Source: Priapulus caudatus (lineage: Eukaryota). From it: DNA of 64,000 nt. The notes under the pieces are model-generated. The model saw nothing but the letters and a program-made list of their open reading frames with translations. It did no database searches and had not been told where the DNA came from. Shown one piece after another: positions 40,722-53,572 of the stretch. The number at the start of each line of letters is the position of its first letter. Within the stretch, counting starts at the first letter, position 1. The stretch lies in assembly GCF_000485595.1 (NCBI RefSeq), contig NW_014577067.1, forward strand, positions 729,337-793,336, given 5' to 3'. The translations under genes were made by a program, and so were the position numbers.

Positions 40722-43700
40722 TGTGTTTGTGCGCGGGTGAGTGCGTGCATGCGTGCGTGCGTGCGTGCGTGTGTGTCGTGTGTGTGTGAGTGTGTGGCGT
40801 GCGTGCATGTGTGTCGGTACTACCCATATACACTACACCACATGTAGTTACACGTATATGTGTTAATTTCTTTTATATAATCTATATATATGTATCCATT
40901 GATTTCAATTCTTTAAATAAAAGGAGTTTGGTCCGTAACAGGCAAGTATTGACGAGAGAGAACATTGGAGCCGCACGATCAAGTTTGCAAGGAGGAAAGC
41001 TCTATTATTGTCCGATGAGCGTCAGCTGATCAGAAAAGTTCATTAACACGTGGCAAGAAGAAATATCCAAACCATGTGCAACGCTTTATCACTGCTAGTA
41101 TGGGTCATGCTGCTAGTGTGGAACATTGTCGATTGTCATTCACTTGTATCGAGTGACGTTACTTGTGCGAATTGAACATTTCACGATTTTGCACTTTAAT
41201 TACTACTTAGTAATTAATAATAAATGTATGATTAAATATTTGGTGAATAATTAATATGTTCACAGGTCTATCAAGATAATATCTATGCCCCCGATCGGAA
41301 TTCCATTCATTTAAGAGGTCTTGACAGGAGATGGGAGGAGAATATCTAATATGGAACTAGCTTCCTTCACTCGACCTCCAAGGTTACATGGGAGAGTAAG
41401 TGACTGCAACGTTATTAAATTGTGTTTAGTTGTATAATGAATCATTATGTCTTACAATATTGTACTTACAATTTGTTTAGATATGTTTATGGTGATTTAA
41501 GTACCTTTGCTTGAATAAAGTTACAAAGTTATGATCGGCTAAGAGATGCTTTCTGGAGGGAGGGTGCTCCATCACTGTCCCAGGCCACAATTAAAAGAAT
41601 ATTTGTTTGCCCTCACCCGACGCCAGGCTGAAAAGTTTGGGTAGGTAGATGGTCTTTTTTTGAGGGCAGGTTTTTTTTTTACAAATTCAGCATGATGTCT
41701 ACATGCTCGGGTGTGGCTTGTTAGCTCATCTGACATAGTCAGATGGCAGCTGTAGAATCGCATGATCGTCCGTGCGGCGCGTCCGTCTGTGCGTTCGTCA
41801 ACAGTTGGGCACAAATCTTAACGCTCGACGTACGGTCACGATATTCGGGGTGTTGGGGAATCGTCAAACGAGTTGGGATGTCAAAGCTGGTGGTCAAAGG
41901 TCAAGTCAAGAGTGTAAAAGAAGGGGGAACATTCCTCCTTAACTTAAGGTATAGGGTAGGAAATGCCAGAATTGCGGCACAAATCTAAACGGCTCGACCT
42001 AGGCTTGTGATAGTCGGTGTATAGCATCATGGTAGGAAGCCATCACTGTGCGAATTGAGGTTCACAGGTCAAAGGTCAATGGGGCACAGGAAGATTTTAG
42101 ACATTTCTGAGGACATGGTCTGAGGAGCGATTGAAAAACTTTTTGTTTCAGCGCGTGACTATTTGACCATTTTTATTGAAAGGACCATGAATGTACTTTT
42201 CTGCTGACATGCGAGAGTAATGTCGGGGGATAACCTTTTGACCCTCAAGAGGAGGGTTAAACATGGATTTGTTGACTGTTAACAAGGACATGAACTGCTT
42301 TTGCCATTGTGGATGTGAGGCTACAGTTGCACAGTTCAATGCAAAGAAATGTTTGTTAACAAGGTTACGCTCCTTAAATCAATATTATTTCTAAAGCAGT
42401 CTGTATTAGCAAACCTGGTAGCACCCTGTAATAGCAGACTGTAATGAACCGGAATGCTCGTGTGTATAGGCAAAAACATGGGGGCAGCATTACGCATGCA
42501 TGGGGGTGAACTGCACTATTCGAATCATAATTATTGCCTGGCAACCTGCAATGCAGATGTGTTAACTCAGCAGCTGAGCTGCAAATTCTTGCCTGCTGAA
42601 TATACTTGGATTTCAGCAACTCAATGGAGTGAGGTTATCACGCACGAAGGGTGATGCCATCTTTGATTATTGATGCCACTTGCACGCGGCCATCTCGCGG
42701 AACTGCTTTTGCTATTAGAGCGCCTTCCACTGCCCCTCTCCCACTCCTCCCCACCACCACCACTACGCTCGCGCTTGACCATATCATGATAACATGTTAA
42801 TATAGCGAAGTCATTAAAGTTACACAGCTGTATCTTTATCTGTACTACGTAAGGCAAAGCCTAGCTATCATAGATTTTAGCTCTGTATTAGTAGTATCCT
42901 AGATATATGCTCTTGAGCGCTAAACGCGTGATGGAGGGTGCTTTCATTCGTTTGCCAGTGAGTTTAGCATCAGAACACCTCCGTCAGGTGAGCGCTGTCG
43001 CTCTGCGGCACTTGTGGAAATACTTTATGTTGAGTGTTTGTTTGCTTGGTAAATATAATATATTACCTTCAGATTATATAATGTACAGTGATACAATTTG
43101 TTAAAAAAGAAAAAAAAAGAAAAAAAGATCAATAAATTTTTTTAGTCGGTCCCTTTTGGTGCGGTCAATCGGGTGAGGCAAACAAACAATATTTTTATTA
43201 TGGCTCTAGTTAGGGGTGTACCGGAACTTGGATCGGCCGGATAGATCTGATGCCGGATCCCCATTTTTAGCTCACCAATATAGCGCAATGTTGTACATTC
43301 TTGAGCTTATTCGTCCACTAATCACGTGGCCTACCTTGTACTGAAATTAGTTTACAGATATTTGCTATCGTTTTGCTGTAAATTGTACTCTGCACGAGCT
43401 GCTCTGGTTGTATCAACGATTGAGCTATTTTAATGAGCAGATGTGCTCGCAAAGGGGTTAATGTTACCATTATTTATCTGACATCCATAGAATGGACACG
43501 TGTATTGTATAGATCATAATAACTAATACTATGTAATACGAATTATTCCGGGCTCCTTCGTTTTTGCAATTCGTCGTGCACACTGACATAGCTGCATTGA
43601 CTGCAAATGCTTGTCTGACGAGTGCACGAATGCTTTGATAGCGCGCATCCTATCGGATTTTATTACACTAGTTTGAAGTTGTGTTTTTGGTAGAAATGAC

Positions 43701-44360
43701 GTATGTATAGGACGTTTGGCTAATCACAAATGGATTTATCAGCAGAACAGCGAGACACAGATGAGCCGTGTTGCTCTGCGGCACTTGTTTAGCTCACGGA
43801 CGAAGTCAGATGGCAGGCTGTAGAATCGAGATTGGTTCGACCGTCCGTCAACATGTTGGGCACAAATCTAATGCGTGACGTACGGTCTTGATATTCGGGA
43901 AGTCTGGGGATGCGAAAGGACTGCAGGATGTCGTTTGAGGGGTGCAAAGGTCAAAGGCGAGATGTGTCATGGAGGGGGAATATTTCCTGCCTTAACTTAA
44001 GGTATAGGAGGAAAATACGGAATTGGGCACAAACTAATCCCGGCTCGACTACCGCTCTTAGATATTCGGTGTATAGCTGTGATGGGAGGAAATCATTCAC
44101 AGTGCGAAATGTGGAGGTACAGGGTCAAAGGCAGTGGGGAAAGGTACAATATCAGACATTTCTGAGGACGTGGTCCTAACGGATCGAGTGCAAAACTTTT
44201 TTGTTTCAGCGCGACGCTACATTTTTACTAATATATTGAAAGTGACATGAATCTAATTTCCAGCTGACGTTGCGAAGAGTAAGTGTCTGATAACCTTTTG
44301 ACCTTCAAGAGGAGGGTTAAACATGGATTTGTTGACTGTTAACAAAGGACTGAACTGCTT
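39330..44360 (+). other. Error-rich tandem duplicate of ~33960-38520, including frameshifted ALT exons 6-8; likely assembly redundancy
   Basis: Collinear near-identity with many 1-bp indels (compare 35388-35521 with 41266-41395); lies downstream of an N-gap. Confidence 0.85.
40414..40536 (+). pseudogene. GPT: Alanine aminotransferase exon 6, seen only as an indel-ridden, out-of-order copy
   Basis: Allowing indels it reads approximately VGYFLDEDTN.SL.IGELKRSVDAARKVCEPRALC.INPGNPTG; the expected position coincides with the N-gap 34310-34781. Confidence 0.75.
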
Positions 44361-45020
44361 TTGCTATTAGAGCCCCCTCGCTGTCGCTCTGCGGCACTTG
44401 TTCAGAGTTCCGGTTCTGGCCGGAACCCTTCAGAAACAGTCAGCCGGAACCGGAACTTTTTCCCAATTTCATTTCTGCTACAAGAGTCATCAAGATCAAA
44501 AGATCAGTCACTGAATGTAGTTGAGAGTCAATAGAGGCAACTTACTGATAATATAGTGTTAACAACTTCACACTATTCCGCCCAAAAAATGCTCGCCACT
44601 TGAACATTGGCTCACTAACGGAACTGAACCTAACTGATGTTAGGTGATACATATAAGATTTTCTTTCAAAATCAAATACGCTTAGAGCCACAGGAATGGC
44701 ATCTGTCTGTTAGTTGAAAATAATAAACTAAACCCAGGGATACTGGAACATGCAGGTTTTGCCACAGAATTCGCTCGCGAATAAGATGCCAGAATTATGC
44801 AAATTATGCACTGTAAGCAGCTGATTCATACACCTAACAACCATCCTGTAATTAGAACTTTGACCATTGTCCTACTCGCCTGGTGATTTGCCTGCTAATG
44901 ATATTTTGTTCAGGCCGAGTGAGTTTGCGCAATACTGGGCCAAAACTGTCTTCCCAGCTAAAGTTCCGGCTGGTTCCGGTTCCGGCCGGAACTTAAAAAG
45001 TTGGATCCGGTGCACCCCTA
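43211..45020. mobile_element. hAT-like non-autonomous element (TAGGGGTG...CACCCCTA)
   Basis: taggggtgtaccgga / tccggtgcaccccta; imperfect 8-bp flanks gctctagt / gccctggt; left end also present at ~37364. Confidence 0.55.
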
Positions 45021-45294
45021 GCCCTGGTCAATATTTCTCAATATTGAAGGTCTCGTAGATGTGTGATTCATCTATGTAATTTCATGAAATAAGACAGTGT
45101 AATTGTTGGTATAAGTTATATGAAAAGTTATATGATATATGCTGTAATGATATATCATTCCTAATAATGTGTTAAGAGTAATCATAGGCTATGATATATG
45201 TATGCGTGCGTGTGTGTGTGCGTGCGATTGTGCGTGCGAGCGTGTGTGCGTGCCTGCGTGCGTGCCTGCGTGCGTGCGTGCATGTGTGCATGCC

Positions 45295-45338
<44 letters not shown>

Positions 45339-45380
45339 GACGTGTTGACGGTCCTGACTCCACGTTTTCTACTCGTCTAG

Positions 45381-45555
45381 GTGCGGCTACAGAGGAGGCT
45401 ACTGTGAGTTTGTGAACTTTGACCCGCAGGTCGTCGCCATGCTACAGAAGTCCATCTCCGCGAAGCTGTGTCCGTCAATCTCGGGTCAAGTCGCGATGGA
45501 CGTGGTCGCCGCGCCGCCGCAGCCCGGCGATCCGTCCTACGAGCTGTTCATGAAG
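45381..45555 (+). CDS. GPT: Alanine aminotransferase exon 9
   Basis: ECGYRGGYCEFVNFDPQVVAMLQKSISAKLCPSISGQVAMDVVAAPPQPGDPSYELFMK. Confidence 0.95.
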
Positions 45556-45686
45556 GTACGTGTTCAGCGATCCGTCCTACGAGCTGTTCATGAAGGTACG
45601 TGTTCAGCGATCCGTCCTACGAGCTGTTCATGAAGGTATGTTCAGCAACTGTTCTACGAGCTGTTCATGAAGGTATGTGTGTTCAG
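45528..45686. repeat. 40-bp tandem repeat spanning the ALT exon 9 donor site
   Basis: cgatccgtcctacgagctgttcatgaag|gtacgtgttcag about 4 copies. Confidence 0.95.
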
Positions 45687-45753
45687 AGCGATATGGATTG
45701 ATGAATAGATAGATAGGTAGGTAGGTAGTTAGGTAGGTAATAGGTAATAGATA

Positions 45754-45810
<57 letters not shown>

Positions 45811-46029
45811 CTTTTGATTGCAGAACAAATGTTTAAAAATGTGAAATTTTATTTTTACAAACTGAAAACACGTTAGAATTTGAAGCAGGCAATATAAAAT
45901 TGAGGTTGACGATATGTACGATCTCACTTAACAAATGACCATGTTCTTGTTTCATTAGTTCACAGTCTTTAACAGTACTGTACAGTCACAATAGCTAACG
46001 GTTATGTACATGTGTTGTGATGTTTATAG

Positions 46030-46185
46030 GAGAAGACCCATGTGCTAGATGCACTAAAGATGAAAGCCCAGATGACAGTAGAAATGCTCAACAGTCTTCC
46101 CAACATGACTTGCAATACCGTACAGGGAGCCATGTATGCATTCCCGCAGATCACCGTTCCTGAGAAGGCCATTAAGAAAGCAAAA
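46030..46185 (+). CDS. GPT: Alanine aminotransferase exon 10
   Basis: EKTHVLDALKMKAQMTVEMLNSLPNMTCNTVQGAMYAFPQITVPEKAIKKAK. Confidence 0.95.
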
Positions 46186-46462
46186 GTAAGTAAGAGCAAA
46201 GCTTGATTTTTGCCGCGTAACCAATGGCAAGTGCCACGTCCATGCAGTTTAACAATGAGAGACTGACAACATGATGACATATACAGCGATGAGAATCTCC
46301 CGCGGATCCGCGGTTTCCCGCGTTTTTTACTTTCGAAAATTATCAATTTTCCAAATCGTTTAAATCTTTTGAGAAAACTGTAGGGGGGTGGGGTAGCGCC
46401 ACCCGTGGACAGTGGAAAAATGTCCCGCGGCTAGTGATGCTCTTTTACCGTGTGAGCTCGCC

Positions 46463-47650
46463 ATCCCGCGGCCGACAAATGTACTACTCGTCCCGCGGCT
46501 GACAAATGTACTACTCGTCCCGCGGCCGACAAATGTACTACTCGTCCCGCGGCCGACAAATGTACTACTCATCCCGCGGCCGACAAATGTACTACTCATC
46601 CCGCGGCCGACAAATGTACTACTCATCCCGCGGCCGACAAATGNNNNNNNNNNNNNNNNNNNNNNNNNNNNNNNNNNNNNNNNNNNNNNNNNNNNNNNNN
46701 NNNNNNNNNNNNNNNNNNNNNNNNNNNNNNNNNNNNNNNNNNNNNNNNNNNNNNNNNNNNNNNNNNNNNNNNNNNNNNNNNNNNNNNNNNNNNNNNNNNN
46801 NNNNNNNNNNNNNNNNNNNNNNNNNNNNNNNNNNNNNNNNNNNNNNNNNNNNNNNNNNNNNNNNNNNNNNNNNNNNNNNNNNNNNNNNNNNNNNNNNNNN
46901 NNNNNNNNNNNNNNNNNNNNNNNNNNNNNNNNNNNNNNNNNNNNNNNNNNNNNNNNNNNNNNNNNNNNNNNNNNNNNNNNNNNNNNNNNNNNNNNNNNNN
47001 NNNNNNNNNNNNNNNNNNNNNNNNNNNNNNNNNNNNNNNNNNNNNNNNNNNNNNNNNNNNNNNNNNNNNNNNNNNNNNNNNNNNNNNNNNNNNNNNNNNN
47101 NNNNNNNNNNNNNNNNNNNNNNNNNNNNNNNNNNNNNNNNNNNNNNNNNNNNNNNNNNNNNNNNNNNNNNNNNNNNNNNNNNNNNNNNNNNNNNNNNNNN
47201 NNNNNNNNNNNNNNNNNNNNNNNNNNNNNNNNNNNNNNNNNNNNNNNNNNNNNNNNNNNNNNNNNNNNNNNNNNNNNNNNNNNNNNNNNNNNNNNNNNNN
47301 NNNNNNNNNNNNNNNNNNNNNNNNNNNNNNNNNNNNNNNNNNNNNNNNNNNNNNNNNNNNNNNNNNNNNNNNNNNNNNNNNNNNNNNNNNNNNNNNNNNN
47401 NNNNNNNNNNNNNNNNNNNNNNNNNNNNNNNNNNNNNNNNNNNNNNNNNNNNNNNNNNNNNNNNNNNNNNNNNNNNNNNNNNNNNNNNNNNNNNNNNNNN
47501 NNNNNNNNNNNNNNNNNNNNNNNNNNNNNNNNNNNNNNNNNNNNNNNNNNNNNNNNNNNNNNNNNNNNNNNNNNNNNNNNNNTGACAAATGTACTACTCG
47601 TCCCGCGGCCGACAAATGTACTACTCGTCCCGCGGCCGACAAATGTACTA
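46463..47650. repeat. 27-bp minisatellite (cccgcggccgacaaatgtactactcgt), mostly N-gap
   Basis: Same unit on both sides of the gap. Confidence 0.9.
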
Positions 47651-48024
47651 TTCATTCCCGCACTGCGCGCGCAATGGTGGCGTTCATGAACAAGCTAGTT
47701 TTCAAAATTTCTGTGCCTCAGAACGCATCTGCAAGCATCTACTAATTAAAAAAAAATTCTGCTGGAGGACCCCCAGACCCCCCGATAGTGCTCAGTACCT
47801 ACGGTGCACAATATAGTGCTTTGCGCTATCCTACCAGTAAGTAGAAATATTTCCCACGGATTTCGTCCGGGGCCGTTCTCATCTCTGCCTACAATGAATG
47901 CGTGCGCCCACAAACGTACCCTTTTACCGTATCTATTCTTGTACCAGAATTGATTTGTTCGCGACACAACTGATTTTGTGACTGTGGGTCACTTATGATG
48001 ACCGCGTGGGCCACAGCTGTCTAG

Positions 48025-48174
<150 letters not shown>

Positions 48175-48213
48175 TGAGTAACTGATTCTTACTGTGTGTT
48201 CTCAGTCATCTTA

Positions 48214-48924
48214 AGGCCAAGACACACTGCAGCGACAGCGACCGACCGTAACGACAAACGACAAAGTCGCGGCGACTGGCGCAGCCACACTGCAGCGACA
48301 ACGACCGACCGTAACGACAAACGACAAAGTCGCGGCGACTGGCGCAGCCACACTGCAGCGACAACGACCGACCGTAACGACAAAGTTCACCCAGCACTCA
48401 CCACAGTGCCACTCATGAGCAAACGGCAAAAAACTCCTGCTGCTGCTCTTAAATAAATTGCTGTAAAAACGCTCTATGTATACCGAGAATATAATAAAGT
48501 AATATATACGCAGCATATTATACGAACGTAAACAATAATCATGTCTGATGGCTGACCGTAGCCTTGCACGTTTTGGTTAGATGGGTTCGCACGTTTACTG
48601 TTATCACTGTTTCGGACAGGCGGTGCGAGTTTAGCGTTGGGGACCAGTCTACTTCCTGGCTAGCATTGGTTTATAATTTTATGACGTAATGGCGATGTCA
48701 CGTGCCGATGGAAACNNNNNNNNNNNNNNNNNNNNNNNNNNNNNNNNNNNNNNNNNNNNNNNNNNNNNNNNNNNNNNNNNNNNCTAAATATTTTTGTCGT
48801 CGAGGTTGTCGCCGGTCGTCGTCGCGTCAGTGTGCAATGGCTCATGGGAAACAATAGTTTCTAATTTTCTGAGAAGTCGTTTGTCGTTACGGTCGGTCGT
48901 TGCCGCTGCAGTGTGGCTTGGCCT
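48214..48924. mobile_element. PIF/Harbinger-type MITE (TTA TSD)
   Basis: TIR aggccaagacacactgcagcg / cgctgcagtgtggcttggcct with TTA on both sides; internal ~63-bp repeats. Confidence 0.8.
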
Positions 48925-49024
48925 TTATAGTGACTTACTGGTAATTTTTCATGATGTTTTTTTTTCGTTCTCATTGTTGTTGTCGCAGTATCACATAATA
49001 GGAATCGTGATAATGGAATGGATG

Positions 49025-50130
49025 TTTTTAGCTCATCTGACATAGTCAGATGCAGTTTGTAGAATCGCATGATTGTCCGTGCGTGCGTGCGTGCGTGCGT
49101 CCGTGCGTCCGTCCGTCAACAGTTCGGCACAAATCTTAACCGCTCGACGTACGGTCACGATATTCGGGACGTAGGGGGGTAATCCGTAAACGAGTTGGGA
49201 TGTCGAAGCTGGTGGTCAAAGGTCAATGGTCAAGAGGTGTATAAGAAGGGGGAACATTCCCTCCTTAACTTAAGGTATAGGGAGGAAATGCAGAATTGCG
49301 GCACAAATCTAAACGGCTCGACCTATGCTCTAAATATTCGGTGTATAGTGTGATGGGCAGGAAACCCATCACCAGTGCGAAATCAGGTCACAGGTCAAAG
49401 GGCAGTGGGGGAAAGGTCAGATATCAGACATTTTCTGAGGACATGGCCTAACAGACAGAGTGAAAACTTTTTTGTTTCAGCGCTGACCTACCATTTTTAT
49501 CACTTTATTGAAAGGACCATGAAATGTGCTTTCCACTGACGTGCGAAGAGTAAGTGTCTGATAACCTTTTGACCCTCAAGAAGAGGGTTAAACATGGATT
49601 CCTGAACTGCCTCAATTATGTCCCAGTGTTCTCATATTCATGGCACATCCATAATCTAGAAAGCCAATATGTCTGGATAGCCTAACAGGTACAGCACAGG
49701 ATTACGGCTCAATTCACAGGATTATGGCTTGGATCGAATCCCATCAGATTTTTTATTATATACCTGTTTTCTGTATTTTTCTATCTTTATCCATTTAACT
49801 ATTTTTTTCCAATTAAGGCAAATATTTACATGATTTATTTACAACAATTTAATAACAACAAATAATTTTTACAATTAAATTTTTTTTAAATACGGTTAGG
49901 GTTAGGGTCACAATGCACCACAAAACAGGAGTTTCAGGCACGCGATTTGTATCAACCAATGGGATTTGGGAGGTATGCAGAATGCAGAAGGTTGCTGAAA
50001 TGATGTGTACGCAACTGCGTATCTGCATATCTGCGGCTAACAAATGTGTCACTACGCACGACTGAAATTTTACGTTCATAACCGTAGCAACACACCTCAG
50101 ATGAGCCCAGTCGCTCTGCGGCTCTTGTTT
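49025..50130 (+). mobile_element. HINE/DINE-1-like element, apparently complete copy
   Basis: Subterminal inverted repeat gctcatctga / tcagatgagc, (GTGC/GTCC)n tract, T-rich flanks with no TSD. Confidence 0.65.
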
Positions 50131-50252
50131 AATTGGTCATTAGGCAGTTGGAATCACCGCTTGAGTCCATTGGATGTCATTCACAAAAGCTACACAGTAC
50201 TGCGCTTCAACTTCTCATTCTGTGCTTGATGTTGTTTCTCATTCTATCGCAG

Positions 50253-50343
50253 AATGACGATTTTACCCCCACCGGAAAGACTGAAGGAATTCTTGGAGCG
50301 TCTCAAAGTTTTTCACATTGGTTTCCTGAAACGTTATGAATGA
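50253..50343 (+). CDS. GPT: Alanine aminotransferase exon 12 (terminal)
   Basis: RMTILPPPERLKEFLERLKVFHIGFLKRYE-stop. Confidence 0.95.
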
Positions 50344-51288
50344 ACTTGCCTTATGGGTGGCTGCTGCAGTAAGCAGCCTTATGGGTGAACAATTGTGATT
50401 GTTGAGATTTTAGAAGGAGCTGTTGTGAAATTCGAATATTGTCATTTTAAGGCTGCATTCTTAGCAAAACCGAATTCGATGTAACTTTCAATCTATATGA
50501 GCATTGATTGTGTACGGAACTGGTTTTGTATGCTTGTTCGTTATATTCAGCTTCGTTATAGTCAGCTACACTTATAACATTGTTAGCAGACACCTTTCTA
50601 TAATTGACTCGTGTTAATATAGGACAATATACAAGCTATAGTCGTTTCCCTTTAGTAGCAGTTATGCAAGTTTTACCACGTCTATAGAATGTACACATGC
50701 TGATAGAGGTCGTTTTGATCTGAGTAACTTTTACCTACTAATTACACTGTTTTCTGCATAAACCTATCTCAGTTTGACCTACAAGCACTTACCTTACGGA
50801 GGCTATTAACATTAAACGTAAAAACACACTAGGTTTGAGACGTACGTGCTCGCGTCTCATTGTGACTATCTCAACGGCACAACGCATCTCTTCAAGTTTT
50901 TGATGTCTTTTGCCCTTGTTTAGTTGAAACTTTTTTAAAAACAAATCATGGTTGCAACAAGTAGCTACAGCCACATCTGCAACATTGCTATGTTATGAAT
51001 GCAGGTTGCATAGAATATGGTGTGGGGAACGCTTAGCAGTATGTAAGTGCTGCCTTAACAGTCATATGCATATGCCATATATAGACCACACTTCGTAGCT
51101 CAGGTCAACTACAGTGCCAGGGTGGGTATTGGCCTTTGTGCAATGAAAGTGTAGCTTGATTCGATAGGACCACGATACTTATTTGCCTCTCTCGGTATCA
51201 TTTGTGAGGCTGTGTGATACAAAAGATATACAGCTAATCTGTTACTGCTTGATAAATGTAATTGTTGTAATCGTAAAAATTCGATTTA

Positions 51289-51434
51289 GAGTCAAACCTG
51301 TGTTAGTGGACACCTGAGGGACACTTTTGGAATTTTTACGTGAGTGGCAGCTATAAAGTGAAACCGTCTCTATAGAACGGACACCTGTCTATAAAGGACA
51401 CTTCTTGGTTGATGCTCATGCACAGGTTTGACTG
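51289..51434. mobile_element. Tc1/mariner-pogo-like MITE remnant
   Basis: agtcaaacctgtg / cacaggtttgact inverted ends; related tacagtcaaacctg end at 30776. Confidence 0.5.
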
Positions 51435-51824
51435 TGTTTTGTAGGCAATTGTAATGACCGGTGGATAGATCTGTTAGTGTGAAGCTGTAGCATAGTATTA
51501 CAGCTGTGATCCCCCCCGCGGTTTGTTGGCGTGTGAGAGTTATGCGTGTACATGTGCAGTCACACGTACAGAATGTGCAGATACATTTGTGGTTACTGGT
51601 CAGCGTCTCGTACAGGCAATATCTAGATACGGGCAAACGAACTCGTTACTTGTACCGTCGCTTCAGCGTTGCAGTTCAATTTGCTGCCTTCTAGACTGCT
51701 GACCTTTGGCCTCTGATCTCTGGCGCCCGACCAGCGACTGTTGCTCAATATTTAGCAACAGGTTCTGGCTTCGTATTGCCAGACCTCAGAACTGCGTAGG
51801 ACTAATTATTATTCTAGATATTAA

Positions 51825-52411
51825 AGGGACAGTAGCCTCTAGGATTTTACTGCATACAACTGTACTTACTGTATAACAAATCGTCTATACCCACATGTAT
51901 TTGTCACCAGATACTTAATTAATTATTTACACATCAACGCTACGAAATTTGAACGGCGCCATGACACCTGCGACCGTGCTGCCACCCTGAAAAAGTTGCG
52001 TATTTGCATTTTTATTTTGCAGGTAAATGACCGAGGGCTAATCACAAAAGTGCAATTATATTTATACCTAAATGCTATTTAACCGAACGATATTCATTTT
52101 AGGGCAAATTTATCCATATTATAACTGAAACTATATGTCGTTTATAAGATATTACAATCCTTTTGCTTTTAAATGAATAAGTAAGAAATACCCTCGGTCT
52201 GTAGCCCTTGGCTGGAAAGTGGTTTTGCGCAACTTCTCAGATCGTGCGCTTTGAGTGGCGCCACCGTCGTTGTAATCAAACTGTAGTCGTTGGTTTTAAA
52301 ACATTTTTTAAAAATATTTCTAATGATGATTGAACCATGAAACTTTTATGTAGCGCAATTATAACCTAAATTAGCTGAAAATAACCCTAGAACCTAGAGG
52401 CTACTGTTCCT
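51825..52411. mobile_element. MITE with TTAA TSD and AGG ends (Kolobok-like)
   Basis: TIR agggacagtagcctctagg / cctagaggctactgttcct; TTAA on both sides. Confidence 0.75.
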
Positions 52412-53572
52412 TTAATTATTATCATTAGGAGCAAGATGACGAGCGATTCGTATAAGGGACAGATTAAAGGATTATATGTAAGGATTACAGATGTAAGGGT
52501 TACATGGGATATTAGTTAATTGTATCCCTTGTTATATTACTCCCGATGTTTTGCACCTCACGACGTGTGCGTTGTTACCGACTGTGTTAAATCTAGATGT
52601 AATTAGATTTATGTGGCAAAATAAAAAATCTGAACATTATATCGGTGATGTTACGATTACGTTTCAGTCTATCATTCTGTATCGAGCCATTAGAGGCGCA
52701 CTGTGACTGCATGTCAAGTTTCTCCGCAGGTCAGGTCCGACGTGCCTTCAAAGCTGAATCTACTTTGCGACATCTCATGAATCCTCCGGTATGCATTAGT
52801 TGCCTAATCGATACGCATTGATTTCCATCTGTATTTAAGTTTGACAATTCTAACACAGCCATGGTGTTTTCACAGTATTGGAGACTATCGACTCTACCGC
52901 GTATTTTGACACGCGTAGCTCAATCAAATTAGCGATCGGAGTTGAATTGTGTGCGCGCGTGCGTGTGCGTGTGCGTGTGCGTGTGCGTGTGCGCGCGTGT
53001 GTGCGTGTGCGTGTGCGTGTGCGTTTTTGTGTATATGTGTGTGCGCGCGCTTGTACGTGTGTGCGTGCATGCATGTGTGTTCATGGCATTGTATATTTTG
53101 TATATTGTATAGATATGTTTATGACGTGGTGTATATTCACGTGTTTACTATTGCTGTAAAAACCTTGAAGGAACGCATCCAATAAAGTTGCTACCGTTCA
53201 AATTTATTATACAAATAATTGCATGGTAACAGTAGACGAAGAGACAATTATATTAAAAGTACTATTGTGTAGTGAGCTGAATCATTATTATTCTAAAATC
53301 TTTATAAATGCAATAGAAATAAACGAAACGCCATATAAACAAATCGTGTGATACCACAGTAATATTAGGGAATTATTTCACTCCCTTTACGCGTGATACA
53401 AAAAAGTACATTCATACCCGTTTTCTCGTGGAAGCTAAAATATATATACCATCTGTATTCTCATTCGCGTGATCGTTTATCTCGTTATTCTCATGTAAAG
53501 TGAATTTCTACAGTAAACTGTGGTCGTAATTTTATCGACACTCACGACATTCACACAATCACTATCACTACC

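Noticed and set aside
40940..41396. Alternative or mutually exclusive ALT exons 7 and 8
   Set aside because: The copies carry multiple frameshifts and lie in a wholesale error-rich duplicate, best explained as assembly redundancy
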